Assembly: GCA_016882235.1 (NCBI GenBank)
Contig: VGKU01000001.1
Span: 1 to 47,464 of the forward strand
Direction of reading: 5' to 3'
From: Candidatus Parcubacteria bacterium
Lineage (GTDB): Bacteria > Patescibacteriota > Patescibacteriia > UBA9934 > GWF2-40-263
Length of the DNA stretch: 47,464 nucleotides
The notes beneath the pieces are model-generated. The model did not search any database. It was not told the DNA's origin and was given only the letters and a program-made list of their open reading frames with translations. The position numbers and the translations under genes were made by a program. This document shows, in pieces, positions 8,648 through 17,015 of this stretch. Every line of letters begins with the position of its first letter. Within the stretch, counting starts at the first letter, position 1.

Positions 8648-9224
8648 CCCACGTGTGAAACGGCGCCGCGCCTCCTTTTTCTGGATCAAAGGAGGTTTTG
8701 GAAAACGTTCCGTCCACCTCCGAAATATTCAGCGGAACCGGAACGAGGAGATAGTCTTTCGTCCCTTTCACGTGCGCCTGGACGCTGCCTTGCAGGGGAG
8801 CCACAGTGACCAGCCGTTGAAAATCGTAATTGATGAACGTCGCTAGACCCTGTGTGAGCACGCTCTGTGTTCTGTTTGTTTCAACGAGTACCGGTTGTGC
8901 GCCTCGGCTGTCTACAACGATGCGTCCGCGCGTAAATACAAGCGTGCGTTCCGTGTCGTACAGCCGGTCCGCTGAAAGCCGCGTTTTGCCGTCCATCGCG
9001 ACAAAGAGGTCATCGCCAATGCGTAAGGTCAGATATTCCCCCGCGTCTGTTTCTATGACCTCTCCTCGCCGAGACGTCGTCCCGACTTCCACAGGCGATC
9101 CCATCGTCGCCACGACGACCACCGGCAATTCCGACGGGACGTCAAAACGCCGCCAAACAAGCAATCCGGCGACGGTAAGAAAAAACAGCACAAAGGCCAT
9201 GGTTGAGATTCGCTCCGGTCTCAT
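8622..9224 (-). CDS. Hypothetical N-terminally membrane-anchored protein (FecR-like beta-rich ectodomain?)
   Basis: 200-aa ORF with one TM (AFVLFFLTVAGLLVW). A -10-like TAAAAT lies 6 nt upstream of the ATG. The 3' end overlaps the mnmA 3' end by 26 nt. Confidence 0.5.
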   Translation of the reverse strand: MRPERISTMAFVLFFLTVAGLLVWRRFDVPSELPVVVVATMGSPVEVGTTSRRGEVIETDAGEYLTLRIGDDLFVAMDGKTRLSADRLYDTERTLVFTRGRIVVDSRGAQPVLVETNRTQSVLTQGLATFINYDFQRLVTVAPLQGSVQAHVKGTKDYLLVPVPLNISEVDGTFSKTSFDPEKGGAAPFHTWVNAVLPPK

Positions 9225-9268
9225 GTTATGATTTTACCATCGAAAACCTAGACTGTAATACTCCCTCT
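9225..9268. promoter_or_regulatory. Divergent promoter pair, both apparently leaderless
   Basis: Minus strand: TAAAAT (complement of 9231-9236) ends 6 nt before ATG 9224. Plus strand: TTTACC 9233-9238, a 17-nt spacer and TAATAC 9256-9261, ending 7 nt before ATG 9269. Confidence 0.35.
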
Positions 9269-9520
9269 ATGCTCCATTATTTCTACGGCCAGGAATGTCC
9301 CCACTGCCACGCCATGATGCCACTTGTGGATAAGTTGATCGAGGAAGGGCTTCCCTTAAAAAAATACGAAACGTGGCACGATAAAAAGAACGCCGAATTG
9401 TTGGAGGAAAAGGATAAGGGTGCCTGCGGCGCCGTACCGTTTTTTTACAACGACGAAACGGGAAAAACGATTTGCGGTGCGGCATCAGAGGAGGAGGTAC
9501 GAACATGGGCAGGAACCTAA
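9269..9520 (+). CDS. Thioredoxin/glutaredoxin-fold protein (CPHC active site)
   Basis: MLHYFYGQECPHCHAMMPLVDKL gives a CxxC redox motif at the expected position of a small thioredoxin-fold protein. The ORF-track start at 9203 is an upstream extension. Confidence 0.7.
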   Translation: MLHYFYGQECPHCHAMMPLVDKLIEEGLPLKKYETWHDKKNAELLEEKDKGACGAVPFFYNDETGKTICGAASEEEVRTWAGT

Positions 9521-10449
9521 AGACCATTGCTCTTCTTTGTCTGATGACCCTCCTTGGGGCTGGGTGTGTTTCTCTGCCGGTTTCACAACAATCGCCCGAA
9601 GCAGCCGCGGCTGGGTTGCAACTGACGCCCGGAAGTGAATTGGTCCTCCGTGGGACCGTGTTCGGCCTTGGGGGAAAATTCGTAAAATTGTTCAAACAAG
9701 AAAACGCAGACACGCGTCTTCTTTTGGATCATTGGGAAGCGGGCGCACAGGCGCGAGCAACCTGGGAGCGCGTTTTGAAAAGAGAAACAGAGGAATCAAA
9801 AAAAGCGACACAGGACTATTACGCGCAGTATGCCAGCGCGCCCATTGGGACAAAAGCGCCCGAGCCGCCTGAACCGGTCTACGTGACCCATACGGAAACC
9901 GGGATTCTGGAAACTGAAGCACTCTCCAACGCGACCTCCATCCACCTCCCCCTCTTTTGGATACAAGGCCAGACGGGCGGGCAGGGAAGCGGACTCATCT
10001 GGCTTTCGCAGACGCAGTATCGGGAACTATTTGAAACACGCAAAACGGACATCAATCTCGGATTGTTTGACGATTCCGTTTCCTATGCGATAGGACTCAC
10101 CGACCATGTGAAGAGTCTGGTGGAGCGTCTGCGCGGGTCCACAGAGCCGCCGGAAGAGCAAAACGTGTTGGAAGTGAAGGCGGATATCAATTGGGGCGAA
10201 TATGTTCTCACAGTGGACGGCGTTTCCACCACCGTGCAAGCGATCCGTGCGCAAAACGCGTTCGCCCGCTACACGATTCTTGCCAACGAGCAGAATCCGC
10301 TCATTCTTGAAATCATGGTCTCACCAGCCACACGCGGCTCTCTGAATCTTTTTACACGAGACGCGCTCGGCAAGGCGTTTTGGGGGTACGAGGTGGTCTC
10401 TATCACTCGTGCAGACGCTCCACCCAGTGCGGATCCACCTCAACCGTAA
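9505..10449 (+). CDS. Hypothetical lipoprotein
   Basis: MGRNLKTIALLCLMTLLGAGC has a lipobox (LGAGC) and is preceded by the SD GGAGGAGG. I recognise no family. Confidence 0.6.
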   Translation: MGRNLKTIALLCLMTLLGAGCVSLPVSQQSPEAAAAGLQLTPGSELVLRGTVFGLGGKFVKLFKQENADTRLLLDHWEAGAQARATWERVLKRETEESKKATQDYYAQYASAPIGTKAPEPPEPVYVTHTETGILETEALSNATSIHLPLFWIQGQTGGQGSGLIWLSQTQYRELFETRKTDINLGLFDDSVSYAIGLTDHVKSLVERLRGSTEPPEEQNVLEVKADINWGEYVLTVDGVSTTVQAIRAQNAFARYTILANEQNPLILEIMVSPATRGSLNLFTRDALGKAFWGYEVVSITRADAPPSADPPQP

Positions 10450-11254
10450 GGTCCAGGAACACGCGGTTTTCCATCACGCCCTCCAACTCGCGTCGGGTGG
10501 ACTGGCCAATTTCTTTGATCCCTTGTCCATTTTTGCCGATGATCATCCGTTTATAGCGTTCGTCCGTTGTAAAAATGGTCGCCGCGATATAGAGCAGGCC
10601 GTTCTCGCGTTTGTCCATTTCCGTCACCTCCACATGGGTCGAATAAGGCACTTCTTGGCGCAGGCGCAAAAACAATTTTTCGCGGATGAGTTCCGCCATC
10701 CATATCTTGTTGGGCAAGTTCGTCAACTGGAACGCGGGATAGAGTGGTTCGCCTTCTGGTAACAACTCAAACAGGGAGACGATGAACGTCTCTACATGCG
10801 TCCCACGCAGTGCCGAAAGTTCAACAACAGCGTCGTACTCTCCAGCGAGGTCGCGATAAAAATCCAGATACGGCTTATCGCGTTCATCCATTTTGTTGAT
10901 GATGAGCACGCGTTTGGCATCTGCTTGTTTGATCAGGCGCAGAACTTCGCGTTCTTCCTCCCCGATTTCCCGTGTCGGATCCACGACATGTCCAACCACA
11001 TCAATATCTTTGAGCGATTGCGCAATGGATTGATGGAGCCGCCGTGTCAGCGGGTCTTTTTTCTTTTTGAGCAGGCCGGGTGTGTCCACAAACACAATCT
11101 GGCCCTCATCGCGCGTCACGATTCCTTGAATGGGAAGTCGCGTCGTTTGTGGTTTGGGCGAGGTGATGGCCACCTTGGAGCCGACCAGAGCGTTGAGCAG
11201 TGTAGATTTACCAACATTGGAGCGGCCGATGAGCACGGCGAAACCGGATTTCAT
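10403..11254 (-). CDS. era: GTPase Era
   Basis: G1 GRSNVGKST and G3 DTPG are present, with a C-terminal KH domain (IIGKNGQGIKEIG). Confidence 0.92.
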   Translation of the reverse strand: MKSGFAVLIGRSNVGKSTLLNALVGSKVAITSPKPQTTRLPIQGIVTRDEGQIVFVDTPGLLKKKKDPLTRRLHQSIAQSLKDIDVVGHVVDPTREIGEEEREVLRLIKQADAKRVLIINKMDERDKPYLDFYRDLAGEYDAVVELSALRGTHVETFIVSLFELLPEGEPLYPAFQLTNLPNKIWMAELIREKLFLRLRQEVPYSTHVEVTEMDKRENGLLYIAATIFTTDERYKRMIIGKNGQGIKEIGQSTRRELEGVMENRVFLDLTVEVDPHWVERLHE

Positions 11255-11278
11255 AGACAGTAGTCCTTTAGGCCATGT

Positions 11279-12424
11279 TTAGGATGAACACAGACGGAGT
11301 TTTGTCACCAATTCCACATGCGGGGTGTGCGGGAACAGATCAATCGCCCGCATCGCCTCCACGCGGTACACCTGCCCCAATTGTACCATCTCGCGCGCAA
11401 AGTTTTTCGGGTTGCATGAAATGTAGACGATTTCTTTTGGTTTGATGCGTAGGATATCCGCGAGCGCTTTGTCGTGCATCCCGGAACGGGGCGGATCAAG
11501 AATCACCAGATCCGCTGCGTGGACAGACCAATCGTACGCCTCGGTAGGCGCCGCGATAAAATCCGTTTCCACGCGGTTGAGTTGCGCATTCGTCCGCGCA
11601 TCACGTATGGCCTCCTCGTTCAGTTCTACGCCTATGGTTCGTTTGGCCATCGGAGCGAGCGCGACGGAAAAAAATCCTGTGCCGCAATACAAATCCAGGA
11701 GCGTTTTGCCAGACAGTTCATTACAAAACTCCCGTACGGTTTGCAGCAGCAGAGGCGCACCAGCTGAGTTCGTCTGAAAGAAAGCGTTCGGGCTGATCCG
11801 ATAACGTGTCTCTCCGAATTGTTCTTCTATCCAGCCATTTCCAGACAGCGTTTTGACTTCCGAACCGAACGAAACGTCTGTCACGGTCCGATTGATGGAC
11901 CAGACGACCGTGGGTTCCTGTGTCCCGCTGTGCGCTGATCCGCCAAGGACGGAAGGAAGTGTCATCAGGGTTGATTCCTCATCCCCCAGGGGCGCGCTTG
12001 TCACGAGATTCACCAGAGTCTCTCCACGCGTCGTTGCGCGGATGACCGCGTAGCGCAAAAATCCCTCGTGTGATTTGCGATCAAAAAAGGAAAGGCCAGA
12101 GGTCTTCACCCACGCGCGTACCTGCCCAAAGAGCTGGTCAATCCGTGGGTCCCCAAGGAAACAAGCGTGACCATCAATCACACGCCACCATTTGCCCTTT
12201 TCACGCAGACCCACACGTCCCTCAAAGTCAATGACAAAGTCCATCCGGTTGCGGTAGTGCTCGGTTTGAGGAGACGGCAGGATGTGCTGGCATCGAAGGT
12301 CCAATGTTTTCAGCGCAAACGACCCGTTGATATCGGAGAGCTTTTGGGCGATCTGTTTTTCGTACGGGATGTGCGACCATCCGCACGAGCCGCAGACCTG
12401 TTTGTTGGGACAGGGGGAAGGCAT
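11279..12424 (-). CDS. RumA/TrmA-family SAM-dependent RNA (uracil-5)-methyltransferase
   Basis: An N-terminal Cys cluster (CPNKQVCGSCGW), DPPRSG and the catalytic YISCNP motif are present. An alternative GTG start lies at 12469. Confidence 0.8.
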   Translation of the reverse strand: MPSPCPNKQVCGSCGWSHIPYEKQIAQKLSDINGSFALKTLDLRCQHILPSPQTEHYRNRMDFVIDFEGRVGLREKGKWWRVIDGHACFLGDPRIDQLFGQVRAWVKTSGLSFFDRKSHEGFLRYAVIRATTRGETLVNLVTSAPLGDEESTLMTLPSVLGGSAHSGTQEPTVVWSINRTVTDVSFGSEVKTLSGNGWIEEQFGETRYRISPNAFFQTNSAGAPLLLQTVREFCNELSGKTLLDLYCGTGFFSVALAPMAKRTIGVELNEEAIRDARTNAQLNRVETDFIAAPTEAYDWSVHAADLVILDPPRSGMHDKALADILRIKPKEIVYISCNPKNFAREMVQLGQVYRVEAMRAIDLFPHTPHVELVTKLRLCSS

Positions 12425-12481
12425 AGCATTCGCGCGGGCTTCAGCCAGCGCTGACACAGAGAGTAGCACCGGAGAGCTTGT

Positions 12482-12510
12482 TTGTCATCGGTTGAGTCTT
12501 GCGATAAAAT
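12482..12510 (+). promoter_or_regulatory. Promoter candidate TTGTCA-17-TAAAAT
   Basis: TTGTCA 12482-12487, a 17-nt spacer and TAAAAT 12505-12510. ATG 12521 lies 10 nt after the -10 with no SD. Confidence 0.35.
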
Positions 12511-12520
12511 ATTCATATCT

Positions 12521-13249
12521 ATGCTTACGATCGTGATCCCGACGAAAAACGAAGAAGCATTTTTACCGAATCTCCTGGAGTCCATTCGCCACCAGACGTT
12601 CCAGCCGGACGCCGTGATCGTCGCTGATGCGTATTCAACGGACCGGACGCGCGAAATTGCGCAGGCGTACGGCGCCACGGTCGTGGACGGCGGCCTGCCC
12701 GGGTTGGGACGAAACCGTGGAGCGGCAGGCGCGAACACAGCATTGATCCTCTTTTTGGACGCGGATGTGGAACTGCGCGATCCGTACTTTCTGGAGAAGT
12801 CCGTCGGAGAGATGCTGGAACGCAAATTAGATCTCGCAACGTGCGATGTCTTTCCGCTTTCAGACGACCTCGTGGACCACTTTCTGCATACGGCCTACAA
12901 CAACTACGCCCGCGCATGGGGATCGCTCTACCCGCACGCCCCCGGCTTCTGCATGTTCGTGCGTCGCGAAAAGCATCAATGCATTGGCGGATTTGATGAG
13001 GGGATCACATTTTGCGAGGACCATGATTACGCCCAGCGCCTCAAAAAAATCGGAACGTTCGGGTTTCTCAAATCCATCAAAATTCCCGTGTCTATCCGGC
13101 GTCTGGATCGTGACGGGCGGATGAATATCGCGATTAAGTACATGCTTGCGGAACTGCATTTGGCGTTTCTGGGTCCGATTCGCGATAATCGGTTTAAGTA
13201 TGCGTTTGGATACGAAGGAAAAAGGAACATGGAAAAAAGAACAAGGTGA
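12521..13249 (+). CDS. Family 2 glycosyltransferase
   Basis: MLTIVIPTKNEE is a typical GT2 N-terminus. A DAD motif (FLDADV) is present. Confidence 0.8.
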   Translation: MLTIVIPTKNEEAFLPNLLESIRHQTFQPDAVIVADAYSTDRTREIAQAYGATVVDGGLPGLGRNRGAAGANTALILFLDADVELRDPYFLEKSVGEMLERKLDLATCDVFPLSDDLVDHFLHTAYNNYARAWGSLYPHAPGFCMFVRREKHQCIGGFDEGITFCEDHDYAQRLKKIGTFGFLKSIKIPVSIRRLDRDGRMNIAIKYMLAELHLAFLGPIRDNRFKYAFGYEGKRNMEKRTR

Positions 13250-13256
13250 ATGGCCT

Positions 13257-14171
13257 GTGCGCAAACTGATTGAGACAAAAGATCTCCGCTGGCTACACGT
13301 GAGCGGCATTCAGGAACAGGATTACCAATTCCTGCACACTTCTTTTAAATTTCATACGCTCGATTACGAGGATATTCGCGGACAAACACACCTCGCGAAA
13401 GTAGATACCTACAAGCATTATTTGTTTTTCGTGTTCCATATTCCGACGTACCACGAACACAACCGTACGGTCGGTCGCAAAGAGCTGTATATTTTTCTCG
13501 CGGATAAACAGATCGTCACGGTCACGCATGCGCCGATGACAGAAGTGGACGATTTCATCGCGCGCCTTGAACGCAACAGTCGGTTCCGCGCGAGCCAGTT
13601 TTCCAAAGGAGCGGCGTTTGTGATGTATCAAATCCTCATGGAGGCGTTCCGCCAAGGCAGACAAATTATTTCGCAGATGGCGCAGGAAGTTGGACGACTT
13701 GAAGAAGCGATCAACCTCGACCACGGCAAAAGCATTACCGTGGAGCTCGGTCATGCACGGCGCAATGTCTTGTACCTGCGTCATTTGATTGATCCCCAGC
13801 GCAATATCATCGCGAGCCTCATGCATATTCAACGGCCATTTATTCCCGAAACCGTGTTTGTGTATTTCGATGACTTGCAGGACGACCTGGATACCGTCTG
13901 GCTTACCGCTGACAATTTAAAACTCTTGTTGGACGGGTTGTTTGACGTAAACGAGGCGTTGTTATCGCACCGGACAAACGAGGTGATTACGATCCTGACC
14001 ATTATGTCGGCGTCGCTCATGGTCCCGACGTTCATTGCCGGCTTTTACGGGATGAACGTCCCGTGGCTGCCGTTTGCGCAGAGCGCTCCTGCCGTGTCGT
14101 TGTTATATGTTGCGACGTTTTTCCTCATGCTGATGGCGGTCGTCTGGATTATCAAAAGACCTCGCCAATAA
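13257..14171 (+). CDS. corA: Magnesium/cobalt transporter CorA
   Basis: The YGMNVP (GMN) motif precedes the last TM, on a CorA-like soluble N-domain. The start is uncertain. GTG 13257 has AAGGTG 8 nt upstream. The alternatives are ATG 13200 and the ORF-track start 13146. Confidence 0.8.
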   Translation: MRKLIETKDLRWLHVSGIQEQDYQFLHTSFKFHTLDYEDIRGQTHLAKVDTYKHYLFFVFHIPTYHEHNRTVGRKELYIFLADKQIVTVTHAPMTEVDDFIARLERNSRFRASQFSKGAAFVMYQILMEAFRQGRQIISQMAQEVGRLEEAINLDHGKSITVELGHARRNVLYLRHLIDPQRNIIASLMHIQRPFIPETVFVYFDDLQDDLDTVWLTADNLKLLLDGLFDVNEALLSHRTNEVITILTIMSASLMVPTFIAGFYGMNVPWLPFAQSAPAVSLLYVATFFLMLMAVVWIIKRPRQ

Positions 14172-14181
14172 TTCTTTCTGT

Positions 14182-15318
14182 ATGGCACGATGGTTTTTTT
14201 CCTTAGGACTGATGATCTTTTTTCCGCTTGCCGTCTTTGCCGCAAACGCAGATTTAGGCATCAGCACCAACGACATGCGGTTTTCCAAGGAATCGCTCGT
14301 CGCGGGTGAAACGATTCGGTTATACGCGCGGATCCATAATGAAGGAGAAACGGACATGACCGGGTACGTGACGTTCTTCCAGGGCAATGTCGCGCTTGGA
14401 AACTCGCAAGTGCTTTCGGTGCTTAAAAATGGCGCGCCCGAAGAGGTCTTCATTGATTTTGTCGTCCCGGCGAGCACGTTCAATATTCGCGCGGAAATCC
14501 GCGGCACAGAACCGACGGATACCAATACGGCAAACGACACGGCCATCACCGCGATGCTGGAGCCCATGCAGGACGGTGACGCAGATGGTATTTCTGACGG
14601 ATCGGACAACTGTCCGTCGGTTGCCAATACCGATCAGCGCGATGCGGACGGGGACGGGGCTGGCAATGCGTGCGACAATGACGATGATAACGACGGGGTT
14701 AGCGACGCGGTGGAGGCAGAATTGGGTGTAGACCCGCTCAACGCGGATACGGATGCGGACGGCACGGCCGATGCGGATGATGCCTACCCGAATGATCCAA
14801 CCTTGCAGATGCAACCGAAACCTCTTCCGGCACCGGTAAAAAAAGTGTTTAAACAGGTCGTGGCAAAGGTCGCGGAGGGGATTCGGGAAGAAGAGGAGAA
14901 GGTTGCAAAAACGGAGGAGGTCCAAGAGCCGCATGTTCTACCGCTCCAGACAGAAACGCTGACCTTTTCGCCCAACGCGGTTTTTTCGTATGCGCATGAC
15001 CGCTGGAATACGTTTACCTTCCGCGTGGAAGGCGCGACGGCAGTGTACCGGTATGAGTGGGATTTCGGCGACGGCGTACGTTCAAATAAGACGGACATCT
15101 CGCATACCTATGAGCACAGTGGCGCGTTTGAGGTCACGCTCGCCATCCGCGATGCCGAAGGCCGTACCGCGAGCGAACGCGCGACCGTTCTCGTGCCGTT
15201 TTTCTCTTTGCAAAATCCGATGGTTCTTGTTCTCCTGCTCTTTCTCTTTTCTCTGCTCATTCTCGGCGGATGGGCGTATTGGGGATTGAGAGGGAAGGGG
15301 GAACACGTCCCAGAGTAG
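14182..15318 (+). CDS. Secreted, C-terminally anchored surface protein with thrombospondin type-3 Ca-binding repeats and a PKD domain
   Basis: It has a signal peptide (FFSLGLMIFFPLAVFAANA). Asp-rich repeats follow (DGDADGISDGSDNCPSVANTDQRDADGDGAGNACDNDDDNDGVSD...). A PKD-like YEWDFGDG...HTYEHSGAFEVTL and a terminal TM are present. Confidence 0.75.
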   Translation: MARWFFSLGLMIFFPLAVFAANADLGISTNDMRFSKESLVAGETIRLYARIHNEGETDMTGYVTFFQGNVALGNSQVLSVLKNGAPEEVFIDFVVPASTFNIRAEIRGTEPTDTNTANDTAITAMLEPMQDGDADGISDGSDNCPSVANTDQRDADGDGAGNACDNDDDNDGVSDAVEAELGVDPLNADTDADGTADADDAYPNDPTLQMQPKPLPAPVKKVFKQVVAKVAEGIREEEEKVAKTEEVQEPHVLPLQTETLTFSPNAVFSYAHDRWNTFTFRVEGATAVYRYEWDFGDGVRSNKTDISHTYEHSGAFEVTLAIRDAEGRTASERATVLVPFFSLQNPMVLVLLLFLFSLLILGGWAYWGLRGKGEHVPE

Positions 15319-15375
15319 AACAGGCAGCCATCAGGGTAGAACCTGCTTTTGTCTGATGTATGTGAGAGACCTGTG

Positions 15376-16953
15376 ATGACCTTTCTCAATACCCAATCCA
15401 AAACCATCATCGGCGCCGCAGCTGTTCTCGGCGTTTTTTCGTTTGTCAGCCGCCTGTTCGGCTTTATCCGCGACCGTATCCTTGCCGGTACATTCGGCGC
15501 GGGTGACACGCTGGATGCGTATTACGCCGCCTTCAAAATTCCCGACCTCCTGTTTAGTTTGATCGTCGTCGGCTCCTTGTCGGCCGGTTTCATTCCGCTC
15601 TTTCTCAAACAGTCCTCGTGGCGGTTCACGAACAATGTTCTGCATCTGACGCTTGTTGTCATGGCTGGCCTTTCGTTCATCCTGTTGCTCTTTGCAACCC
15701 CGTTCAGTGCGCTCGTGGCTCCCGGGTTTTCTCCGCACAAGCAGGAAATGGTTGCCGAGTTCCTCCGTGTGATGCTTGTTGCGCAAATCCTCCTCGCCGG
15801 CTCCACGGTGTTCGGAAGCGTTTTACAGGGGATCAAACGTTTCGTGCTCTATGCCGCCGCGCCCGTCGTGTACAACATCGGCATCATCATCGGCGCGGTT
15901 TGGTTTGTGGATTGGATGGGCCCGATTGGACTCGCGTGGGGCGTGGTTCTGGGTGCCGCGTTGCACGCGCTCATCCAACTGTTCGGATGTCTCCAGGCGG
16001 GATATGCCTATGAGACGGTGTTTGATCCAAAAGCGAAAGAGGTAACGGAATTGATCAAACTGACCGGACCGCGCATGCTCGGGATCGCGCTTACCCAGCT
16101 GCTTTACCTCGCGTTGGCCATCTTCGCTTCCACGCTTGGCGCCGGAAGCGTCACGATTTTCCAATTCGCATACAACATTCAGTTTTTCCCGATCGGTATC
16201 ATTGGTGTCTCGCTTGCGGTCGCGGCGTTCCCGACATTCAGCGAAACCATCGCGGCGCGCCAGATGGACGCCTTTCGCGCATCGTTTTCCTCCACGGTAC
16301 GGCAAGCGCTCTTTTTCTTGATTCCGTTGACCGCCTTATTTCTCATTTTGCGTGCACAAATCGTGCGCGTCGTTGTGGGCGCCGGTGCGTTTGATTGGCC
16401 TTCCACCATCCTGACGGCCGACACGCTCGCATTTTTTGCACTGACGTTCGTCCCGCAAGCGCTTATTTTCATTCTGGCTCGCGCGTTTTATGCCCTGCAC
16501 GACACGATCACCCCGCTCACGGCCGGGCTCATTGGATCGCTCGTGGGACTGATCAGCGCGTTCCTGTTCCGCGAGCCATTCGGCGTGATTGGCCTTGGGA
16601 TGGCGTACTCGCTCTCCGCCATCGTTCACCTTGTTCTTTTGTGGGTGCCACTTCACCAGCGCGTTGGGTCGCTGGGCGAGGCGCGCATTGCCGAGTCGTT
16701 CATGAAACTCTTTGCGGCCGGAATGGCCTGTGTGCTTGTCGCCCAGTTCGTCAAAGCTCCGCTCTCCGCCCTCTTTCCGCTCCACACGTTTTTGGGAGTC
16801 CTTTTGCAAGGCGGCTTCGCCGGTGTCCTTGGTTTGATGGCGTATGCGGGCGCGGCGCGACTGTTGAAAACGCACGAATTGTTTGCGTTTGTGGAGGCCC
16901 TGCAGAAAAAATGGTTTAGGAAAGTAAAACCGGTGGAGGCCGTCGTTGAATAG
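15376..16953 (+). CDS. murJ: Lipid II flippase MurJ
   Basis: SRLFGFIRDRILAGTFGAGDTLDAYYAAFKIPDLLF is the MurJ/MviN N-terminal signature. There are about 14 TM segments. Confidence 0.88.
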   Translation: MTFLNTQSKTIIGAAAVLGVFSFVSRLFGFIRDRILAGTFGAGDTLDAYYAAFKIPDLLFSLIVVGSLSAGFIPLFLKQSSWRFTNNVLHLTLVVMAGLSFILLLFATPFSALVAPGFSPHKQEMVAEFLRVMLVAQILLAGSTVFGSVLQGIKRFVLYAAAPVVYNIGIIIGAVWFVDWMGPIGLAWGVVLGAALHALIQLFGCLQAGYAYETVFDPKAKEVTELIKLTGPRMLGIALTQLLYLALAIFASTLGAGSVTIFQFAYNIQFFPIGIIGVSLAVAAFPTFSETIAARQMDAFRASFSSTVRQALFFLIPLTALFLILRAQIVRVVVGAGAFDWPSTILTADTLAFFALTFVPQALIFILARAFYALHDTITPLTAGLIGSLVGLISAFLFREPFGVIGLGMAYSLSAIVHLVLLWVPLHQRVGSLGEARIAESFMKLFAAGMACVLVAQFVKAPLSALFPLHTFLGVLLQGGFAGVLGLMAYAGAARLLKTHELFAFVEALQKKWFRKVKPVEAVVE

Positions 16954-16977
16954 AAAAAGGTGGACAAACAGTCCCGT

Positions 16978-17006
16978 TTGTCAAGACGCAAACGATTGGT
17001 TAGAAT
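16978..17006 (+). promoter_or_regulatory. Promoter candidate TTGTCA-17-TAGAAT upstream of alaS
   Basis: TTGTCA 16978-16983, a 17-nt spacer and TAGAAT 17001-17006. ATG 17016 lies 9 nt after the -10 with no SD. Confidence 0.4.
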
Positions 17007-17015
17007 ATCCGCGAT

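Noticed and set aside
16962-16983. 7-bp hairpin GACAAAC-AGTCCC-GTTTGTC after murJ as a terminator
   Set aside because: The stem is short and lacks a U-tract. It overlaps the proposed alaS -35 element, so the evidence for a terminator is insufficient.
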